From positions 1,230,001 through 1,262,000 of the forward strand of contig OW818653.1 in the NCBI GenBank assembly GCA_942492995.1: a DNA stretch of 32,000 bases, written 5' to 3'. Numbering within the stretch: position 1 is the first letter of the stretch; each line of letters opens with the position of its first letter. Source of the stretch: an uncultured Erysipelotrichaceae bacterium. GTDB taxonomy: Bacteria > Bacillota_I > Bacilli_A > Erysipelotrichales > Erysipelotrichaceae. Positions 26,392 through 32,000 of the stretch are shown here, in pieces. The notes under the pieces are model-generated. The model was not told the DNA's origin. It saw only the letters and a list, made by a program, of their open reading frames with translations, and did no database searches. Position numbers and translations under genes: made by a program.

Positions 26392-26407
26392 TTTGACCTA
26401 AGTCAAA
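26392..26407 (-). promoter_or_regulatory. FNR/FixK-type box TTTGAC-N4-GTCAAA upstream of the HMA-ATPase-Crp/Fnr-cupin operon
   Basis: Perfect inverted repeat TTTGACCTAAGTCAAA. On the minus strand its centre lies 28 nt upstream of a TATACT hexamer, which would place it near -40.5 or -41.5. A second perfect 6-1-6 inverted repeat, ACAATT-T-AATTGT, lies at 26342-26354 in the leader. Confidence 0.6.
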
Positions 26408-26462
26408 TTTTCCCATTTATTTCATTTTTTCGCTTATACTTCTTATAAACACAGGATATAAC

Positions 26463-27407
26463 ATGCACAACCAAACAATCTCAAAAGCCTTCTCGATTCA
26501 AGGCACGACTCATAAGAAAGAATACTTTGAAGGCTGGTATTTCAAACAAGTTAATCTTAATCATGGTGTGACAATTAGTTTTATATTTGGCTATAGTACT
26601 AATACAATTAATCCTCATAGTTTCATTCAAATTATTCGTACTAATCCATTAAAAACATATTATATTAGTTATCCTTTAGATGATTTTATTTCAATCGATG
26701 ATGGGTATCAAATTGGTAGTACTTTTTTCTCAGTTAATGAACTCAAACTTAATATTGATACGGATGAGATTCGTTGTATCGGACATTTAAGTTTCAATAA
26801 TCATACTGAACTAAATGGAAGTAATTGGTATATGCCGACGATTATGGGGCCTTTTTCATATATTCCTAATATGGAATGTAATCATGGTGTTGTGAGTATG
26901 CATCATAGCGCAAATGGGACACTAAAATTAAATCATGAGTCATTTGAGTTTAAAGATGATATCGGATATATTGAAAAGGATTGGGGAACATCTTTCCCTA
27001 ATCGTTATATATGGCTTCAAGGCAATCATTTTACTGAACCTAATACTTCATTTATGTTAAGTGTTGCGAACATACCATTCTTAGGGTTGAATTTTGAAGG
27101 ATTAATCGCTTCATTAAATATAAATAATCGATCTTATCGTTTTGCGACATATACTGGCGCATTTAAACGTAAACTAACTAAAAATGATAATGGATTCGAA
27201 TTGATAATCCATCGTGGATTTTATAAACTAATCATTAATGTACATATTGATGAACAAGCTGATCTTGTTTCACCTCAGAATGGATTGATGATGAATACAA
27301 TCAAAGAAGGATTAGGCGGTAAAATTTCATTATCGTTGTATCATTTTAATAAATTGATTTGGACTGGATTATCCAATAATTGTGGAGTTGAGATTGAAGG
27401 ATATTAA
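26463..27407 (+). CDS. Tocopherol-cyclase-like family protein (function unknown in this context)
   Basis: 314 aa. The N-terminal ...KKEYFEGWYFKQV... matches the FEGWYFK motif I recall from the tocopherol cyclase (VTE1) family. No TM helix or signal peptide is visible. The assignment is from memory of one motif plus size. Confidence 0.45.
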   Translation: MHNQTISKAFSIQGTTHKKEYFEGWYFKQVNLNHGVTISFIFGYSTNTINPHSFIQIIRTNPLKTYYISYPLDDFISIDDGYQIGSTFFSVNELKLNIDTDEIRCIGHLSFNNHTELNGSNWYMPTIMGPFSYIPNMECNHGVVSMHHSANGTLKLNHESFEFKDDIGYIEKDWGTSFPNRYIWLQGNHFTEPNTSFMLSVANIPFLGLNFEGLIASLNINNRSYRFATYTGAFKRKLTKNDNGFELIIHRGFYKLIINVHIDEQADLVSPQNGLMMNTIKEGLGGKISLSLYHFNKLIWTGLSNNCGVEIEGY

Positions 27408-27436
27408 AAGGTAAACGATTGTTTACCTTTTTTAAT
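27407..27436. terminator. Hairpin terminator shared by convergent genes
   Basis: AAAGGTAAAC-GATT-GTTTACCTTT, a 10-bp perfect stem, followed by TTTA on the plus strand. The reverse reading ends in UUUUAAU. It sits between the stops at 27407 (+) and 27441 (-). Confidence 0.7.
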
Positions 27437-27440
27437 TTAA

Positions 27441-27977
27441 TTATTCAACTGTTAGAGCTCGTAAATGAATTTCATCGAGTTCTTTCGTTCCAAGAATTTT
27501 TTCACTTAGCCAAGCAATTCCTAAAATACCAAATATATTTAAACTAAATCGAGTAATTGTAAAGATAAGCCCCATCGAGGATGCTTCAAATAACAATAAT
27601 GGAATTTTGGTTGTGGACCATGCGCCTATAAGTATTAATACGTTTTTGAATGAACTTCCTTTTCGTAATAACGTTAACGCAACAGGAAATGCGGCATAGA
27701 GTGGTCCTGCAGCAGCAGATCCTAAGAAGAATGCTAACAACATCCCAACTGATCCGCTATCTTTGCCCATCATTTTGACCATCGTTTCGCGTTTAACCCA
27801 AACATCAAGTAATCCTAATAAAACGAATACAGGGGGTAAAACCATTATCATTTCTATGAAACTCGAATACGTCTTTTGTGTACTTGAATTAAATAATGCG
27901 TTATCAAAGAAATAGATAATTCCATAAATAACTAATAGTATAAACACTAATCTATATTTCTTAATGGTGTTCTTCAT
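27441..27977 (-). CDS. Half-size permease, subunit 2 of a split permease pair
   Basis: 178 aa with about 5 TM helices. It carries the motif GSAAAGPLYAAFPVALTLLRKG...TKIPLLLFE. It has an ATGA overlap with the upstream half. Confidence 0.65.
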   Translation of the reverse strand: MKNTIKKYRLVFILLVIYGIIYFFDNALFNSSTQKTYSSFIEMIMVLPPVFVLLGLLDVWVKRETMVKMMGKDSGSVGMLLAFFLGSAAAGPLYAAFPVALTLLRKGSSFKNVLILIGAWSTTKIPLLLFEASSMGLIFTITRFSLNIFGILGIAWLSEKILGTKELDEIHLRALTVE

Positions 27978-28450
27978 ACTAATATCACTCCTATAACAAG
28001 CGCTACAAGAAGTGAGAATAAGAATGCTAAACCATTTCTCAAATAAGCAGCTTTTTTGCCAAAATATTTAACTTCTAATGGTATTGTGACAATTCCAACC
28101 ATCATTAATGTAGAGATGAATGCGGCAATTTGCATATACCCCGCCCCATTTTTTAACAGTGCAGCCGATAATGGAAATGCGATAAAGCCTGGGATAAGCG
28201 TGATTGAACCAATTATTGACGCTATTAATACTCCAATCCATCCAGATTCACCACCAATGAATTTCGATATTTGAGTTGGATTAAGCACACTTAGCACAAC
28301 TCCTATTATGAGTAAAATACTTAAGAATTGAGGAAGGATGTTTTCAAATGATTTCCATGCTTTCTTTAGTGCTTGAACTGTTTTTCCTTTTGATTTATAC
28401 CATGAAATCCCAAGTGCAACCCCCGCAATGATATAGGCAATACTATCCAT
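27974..28450 (-). CDS. Half-size permease, subunit 1 of a split permease pair
   Basis: I place the start at ATG 28450 (MDSIAYIIAG...), giving 158 aa. The longer track ORF would run 66 nt into the upstream gene. It carries a motif paralogous to subunit 2: GSITLIPGFIAFPLSAALLKNG...VTIPLEVKY. Confidence 0.65.
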   Translation of the reverse strand: MDSIAYIIAGVALGISWYKSKGKTVQALKKAWKSFENILPQFLSILLIIGVVLSVLNPTQISKFIGGESGWIGVLIASIIGSITLIPGFIAFPLSAALLKNGAGYMQIAAFISTLMMVGIVTIPLEVKYFGKKAAYLRNGLAFLFSLLVALVIGVILV

Positions 28451-29165
28451 GATGATGTCCTTTATGATCATGTGAATGATTATGTGACCCACAACCTGAA
28501 CATTCATGTCCAACAAGTTCTTTATTTAACGTATTATTCAAATACGCTTCAAGTGCTTCATTAATATTCTTGTCTTCCGCATTGACACATTTAATGTTGA
28601 GAGCAATTAAACGATTATATGCACCTTTCCCCATCGTATTCATTATCAATACATCTACCCCAAGATCTTTAAGAAATTGTGGACGTTCTTGATGAACATG
28701 TACATCATCATGAATTTTTCTTTCACTAACTTTAACATTGTCTATTATTTCATAAATTATAAAGTCATTACATTGCCCAAAATGACCAGCAACTTTTTCA
28801 CCATCTACACCTATTGCGATTTTCATATTAACTTCTCCCTTTTCGTTTATGTTTAATGTATTCTCAAACATGTTATTTGAGTTGTAAGTAACATTACCAC
28901 CTTCAATTTCAAGTATTATTCCTCGTACGAGAGCTTCCGCGATTTTCATTCTTGCGCTTGCATAAATACGTTGTACAGTCGTTCTACTTATATTCATAGT
29001 AGAAGCACAGTTCTCTTGACTGAGTCGTTCAAAGTCACATTTACGTATAACATCGAATTCATCTAAACTTAATTTAATCTTTTCATGTGATTGTATTTTC
29101 TCAGGCACAAATTTACAACAAATCGGATTATCTCTAATATTTCTTTCTTTTACTGGTCTTGGCAT
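28443..29165 (-). CDS. DUF134 (UPF0251) HTH domain fused to a NifX/NifB-C-type cofactor-binding domain, with a His/Cys-rich tail
   Basis: 240 aa. The N-terminus, MPRPVKERNIRDNPICCKFVPE...LSQENCASTMNISRTTVQRIYASARMKIAEALVRGIILEIEGG, matches the DUF134 pattern. The middle section, MKIAIGVDGEKVAGHFGQCNDFIIYEI...VLIMNTMGKGAYNRL, matches the NifX/NafY/NifB-C family pattern (HFG motif). The tail GHECSGCGSHNHSHDHKGHHHG has 8 His and 2 Cys in 22 aa. Confidence 0.7.
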   Translation of the reverse strand: MPRPVKERNIRDNPICCKFVPEKIQSHEKIKLSLDEFDVIRKCDFERLSQENCASTMNISRTTVQRIYASARMKIAEALVRGIILEIEGGNVTYNSNNMFENTLNINEKGEVNMKIAIGVDGEKVAGHFGQCNDFIIYEIIDNVKVSERKIHDDVHVHQERPQFLKDLGVDVLIMNTMGKGAYNRLIALNIKCVNAEDKNINEALEAYLNNTLNKELVGHECSGCGSHNHSHDHKGHHHG

Positions 29166-29177
29166 ACTACCTCATTT

Positions 29178-29224
29178 TGAACATATGTTCATAACTATTA
29201 TACCTTTTACTTGAGTTAATGCAA
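29178..29224 (-). promoter_or_regulatory. Promoter TTGCAT-N16-TATAAT with a perfect 14-bp palindrome operator over the TSS
   Basis: On the minus strand, -35 TTGCAT lies at 29224-29219 and -10 TATAAT at 29202-29197. Five nt later comes TGAACATATGTTCA (29191-29178). A GAGG RBS and the ATG at 29165 follow. Confidence 0.65.
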
Positions 29225-29268
29225 TAAAAAGCCAAATGTTTATCGTGCAAGGAGTAACATTTGGCTTT
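29223..29268 (-). terminator. Rho-independent terminator after the flavin reductase gene
   Basis: AAAGCCAAAUGUU / AACAUUUGGCUUU form a 13-bp perfect stem with a 15-nt loop, followed by UUAUU. It begins 21 nt after the stop at 29290. Confidence 0.75.
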
Positions 29269-29289
29269 AATCTATTTAAAATTTATTAA

Positions 29290-31086
29290 TTAGCGTTTTA
29301 ATGCGGCACTTTCGCCCGCAATTCTACCGAATACAGTCACATCCGCTAGTGCATTTCCACCTAAGCGATTCGCACCATGAATACCACCAGTAACTTCACC
29401 AGCAGCGTACAATCCTGGAATGATTGCGCCAGTCGCATCAATAACTTGTGTGAATTCATTGATTTCAACACCACCCATTGTATGATGCACTGTTGGTACA
29501 CGTGCACCTGCATAATATGGAGGCGTATCTATTTTCTTATCGAATAATGTTCTACCAAATGCGTCAGGTTTTCCTGAATCGACAGCCGCATTAAATTCTT
29601 CTACAGCTTTGACTAGATTTGCAGGATCAACACCGATTTGTGCAGCTAATTCTTCTAATGTATCACCTTTGAAAGCACGTCCTTGTTCAATTAGGCCTTC
29701 AATTGTTTCATTAAAGTTATTTGTTGTTTCAGGTGTTGGATAATTCTTCGCATCCAATACAACCCACATCTTAGTTTCTTCTTGTTCAAACAATGCCTTC
29801 GTCATAACATCTCTACGTTGACCTTCATCAACGAAACGATTTCCATCGATATTAACGAAGATACGGTTTTCTACGCCTTGTTCGATATTACCACTTAAAC
29901 TACCTGTTACAGGATCGCCCATTGGTAATAATTGTATTGCGCTCATACCAATAAGATTTGCGCCTACTTCTTCAGCCATCACAATCCCATCACCTGTTGC
30001 GCCAGGATGATTGGTTGTTTTAATGCCTTCAAGTGTTGGCCAAATTTCATTGTATTTCTCTAACATTTCTTGGTTAGCGGAGAATCCACCTGTCGCAAGA
30101 ATAACCCCATTGTTCGCGTGAAGTATAACATCACCTTCCAATGATTCTGCTTTAACCCCAGTTACACGACCATCTTCGATGATTAGTTCGAGTGCTTCTG
30201 TATCAAGTAGAACTTCGATACCTTCATGCGTATCAATATAGTTTTGATAAGTACTGATAAATCCAGTTCCAAGTGGCGTTGTAGGTTTGTGTGCTCTTGG
30301 CCACATTCCACCTAAAACAGTAAATACTTGGTCTTTAAATTCCATGCCTAATCCTTCTAACCAAACAACTGCAGAATATGCATTTTCAACTAACGTTTGA
30401 ATCAAGACAGGATTGCCTTGTTTATCTCCACCTTCATACGTTTGTGTGAAGTGTTTTTCAACTGAATCTTCAATATCTTGTGCTTCTTGACGTACAGGAT
30501 CTACCGCATTAAATGCCCCACCGGATAGAATCGTATTACCACCAAGTCTTGACATCTTTTCTACTACAATAACAGTTGCGCCATTTTCATTAGCGGAAAC
30601 TGCAGCTGCTAATCCAGCTCCACCCCCACCAATAATAACTACGTCTGTTGTATATTCCTTAGTTTCGCCTTTAACAGCTGCACTATCATTCTTAACATTT
30701 AGCTTTTCAATATCAGCACCAGCAAGCTTTAGAGCTTCAGAAGCGCCATTAATAATTGCTTTACTGGAAACTGTTGCCCCTGAAATTGTATCAACCGCTA
30801 AACTTTGTTCATCAACGATCGCTACTGGAATTCTTTCAATCGCCGCATCAGAGATACTTGGACTTTCCATGTGATCTAAAATATTAACTTCTAGAATTTC
30901 GCTATCACTAACAACTACTTCAACTGTCATGTCCCCATTATGACCTGCGACAGTTGCTTCATATGTTCCAGCTTTGAATAACGCTTCATTACTTGATGAT
31001 TGACATCCAACAAGTGACATTAACATTAATACACTGAAAACGATAGACACTAACTTTTTAGTAAAACTTCTTTTCATTTCCCTCAT
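29290..31086 (-). CDS. Extracytoplasmic lipoprotein flavin reductase: FMN-bind domain plus FAD-dependent fumarate/urocanate-reductase-like (flavocytochrome c type) domain
   Basis: 598 aa. The signal peptide has the lipobox LVGC. The FMN-bind domain carries the flavinylation motif D-T-I-S-G-A-T. The FAD dinucleotide fold is VVIIGGGGAGLAAA. C-terminal catalytic motifs are VHHTMGG and HGANRLGGNA. Confidence 0.88.
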   Translation of the reverse strand: MREMKRSFTKKLVSIVFSVLMLMSLVGCQSSSNEALFKAGTYEATVAGHNGDMTVEVVVSDSEILEVNILDHMESPSISDAAIERIPVAIVDEQSLAVDTISGATVSSKAIINGASEALKLAGADIEKLNVKNDSAAVKGETKEYTTDVVIIGGGGAGLAAAVSANENGATVIVVEKMSRLGGNTILSGGAFNAVDPVRQEAQDIEDSVEKHFTQTYEGGDKQGNPVLIQTLVENAYSAVVWLEGLGMEFKDQVFTVLGGMWPRAHKPTTPLGTGFISTYQNYIDTHEGIEVLLDTEALELIIEDGRVTGVKAESLEGDVILHANNGVILATGGFSANQEMLEKYNEIWPTLEGIKTTNHPGATGDGIVMAEEVGANLIGMSAIQLLPMGDPVTGSLSGNIEQGVENRIFVNIDGNRFVDEGQRRDVMTKALFEQEETKMWVVLDAKNYPTPETTNNFNETIEGLIEQGRAFKGDTLEELAAQIGVDPANLVKAVEEFNAAVDSGKPDAFGRTLFDKKIDTPPYYAGARVPTVHHTMGGVEINEFTQVIDATGAIIPGLYAAGEVTGGIHGANRLGGNALADVTVFGRIAGESAALKR

Positions 31087-31196
31087 TAATCCTCTCTCTA
31101 TTAATTGAGTTATTCCAATCTAAAAACTAAATTCTTGAATAGAATATCGTTTAAAATCCTTGCCTTGTAATGTATGAATTTTTATATGTTTCAGTC

Positions 31197-31299
31197 ATAT
31201 TCTAACTTGAGAATATTTTAACGAACTAGTTCACTGAACTTATTCATTATATTATAGGGTAATTAATGGCGTCAATATGATTTGTTAATATATTATCAA
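31197..31299. promoter_or_regulatory. Divergent control region with three palindromic elements (candidate TetR operators)
   Basis: ATATTCT-N6-AGAATAT lies at 31197-31216. The overlapping palindromes GAACTAGTTC and GTTCACTGAAC lie at 31223-31239. An 18-bp palindrome with one mismatched pair, TTGTTAATATATTATCAA, lies at 31282-31299, about 35 nt upstream of an extended -10, TGGTATACT (31332-31340). Confidence 0.5.
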
Positions 31300-31362
31300 G
31301 CGTTTTTCACAAGTGATAAATTAGTGTGTTATGGTATACTTACTTTGGAGTTTTTAATTAAC

Positions 31363-31944
31363 ATGAACATCGAAAAACAAACAACTCGGCAAGCACAAGC
31401 CCAACAAACAAAAGATAAAGTTTATCAAGTTGCGATCGAGCTATTTGAGACAAAAGGATTTGAAAATATCACTGTAGATGAGATATGCAAAGTCGCAAAT
31501 GTTTCAACTGGTACGTTTTATAATGTATTCAAATCTAAATACGAGATTTTAGATCGAATATTTGAATTAGCGGATGATTATTTTAATGAAACGGTTAAGA
31601 ATACGGTTTTATCTGATAATACAAAGGATCAAATATTAACTTACTTTGATTACTATGCACTTTATAATTTGAAATGTGGAATTAAATTTACTAAACAATT
31701 GTATAATGTTAAAAATAATTTGTTCGCTAAAGAGAATCGACCAATGCAGATAATATTAAAAGAAATTATCGAAAATGGACAAAATAAAAAAGAACTTGAT
31801 ACAAGTATGAGTTCCAATGAAATCGTTCAATTCTTATTTATTTGTGTTAGAGGATTAGTCTATGATTGGTGCTTGAGGGATGGATCATTCGATTTAAGAT
31901 TAGAAATAAAAACATTAGTTACGCGTTTATTAAAGACAATATAA
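31363..31944 (+). CDS. TetR/AcrR-family transcriptional regulator
   Basis: I place the start at ATG 31363 (MNIEKQTTRQAQ...; GGAG 12 nt upstream). The track start at 31282 is a TTG inside the promoter palindrome. The N-terminal HTH is FENITVDEICKVANVSTGTFYNVFKSKYEI. Confidence 0.88.
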   Translation: MNIEKQTTRQAQAQQTKDKVYQVAIELFETKGFENITVDEICKVANVSTGTFYNVFKSKYEILDRIFELADDYFNETVKNTVLSDNTKDQILTYFDYYALYNLKCGIKFTKQLYNVKNNLFAKENRPMQIILKEIIENGQNKKELDTSMSSNEIVQFLFICVRGLVYDWCLRDGSFDLRLEIKTLVTRLLKTI

Positions 31945-31977
31945 AACCCTAGATAACTCTAGGGTTCGTTTTTTTAT
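31945..31977 (+). terminator. Rho-independent terminator after the TetR gene
   Basis: AACCCTAG-ATAACT-CTAGGGTT, an 8-bp perfect stem, followed by CGTTTTTTTATT. Confidence 0.8.
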
Positions 31978-32000
31978 TGGTTTCTACGATTTTGTCTACT

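Noticed and set aside
1-32000. Whether any of the accessory modules is a mobile genomic island.
   Set aside because: I found no integrase, transposase, recombinase, tRNA gene, flanking direct repeat or plasmid/phage gene. By eye, base composition looks uniformly AT-rich, including the pur operon. A windowed GC and codon-usage calculation and a comparison with related genomes would be needed, and I cannot run either.

Overview
This is a low-GC, Bacillota-type chromosomal segment, and almost every gene is on the minus strand. I found no rRNA, tRNA, CRISPR array, integrase or transposase. The core is a nine-gene, translationally coupled purine operon, purE-K-L-C-F-M-N-H-D (22806 down to 11044). 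It has a single-chain large PurL, no purB, and a guanine-type purine riboswitch with terminator in its leader. Accessory modules flank it, mostly for metal, metalloid or redox functions. (i) AraC/GyrI regulator, membrane protein and a GNAT fragment. (ii) A MacroD-type macrodomain::HTH protein next to a cytoplasmic vWA/MIDAS protein. (iii) An arsenic locus (arsR, ArsP-like CxC permease, thioredoxin-fold protein, acr3) with a divergent Cys-rich DUF2703 gene and no arsC. (iv) An overlapping four-gene operon: flavodoxin, PadR, NapH-like 4Fe-4S membrane protein, beta-lactamase-fold hydrolase. (v) Two orphan small genes. (vi) An operon of HMA chaperone, P1B-ATPase without a metal-binding domain (CPG instead of CPC), Crp/Fnr regulator and cupin, preceded by an FNR-type palindrome. 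(vii) A tocopherol-cyclase-like gene. (viii) A DUF134-HTH::NifX-like::His-rich fusion protein, translationally coupled to two half-size permeases and preceded by a perfect palindrome on its promoter. (ix) A lipoprotein FMN-bind/FAD reductase with a divergent TetR gene. The best candidates for undescribed biology are module viii, the Crp/Fnr-controlled atypical ATPase operon and the macro-HTH/vWA pair. All family assignments come from motif recognition by eye, with no database search.
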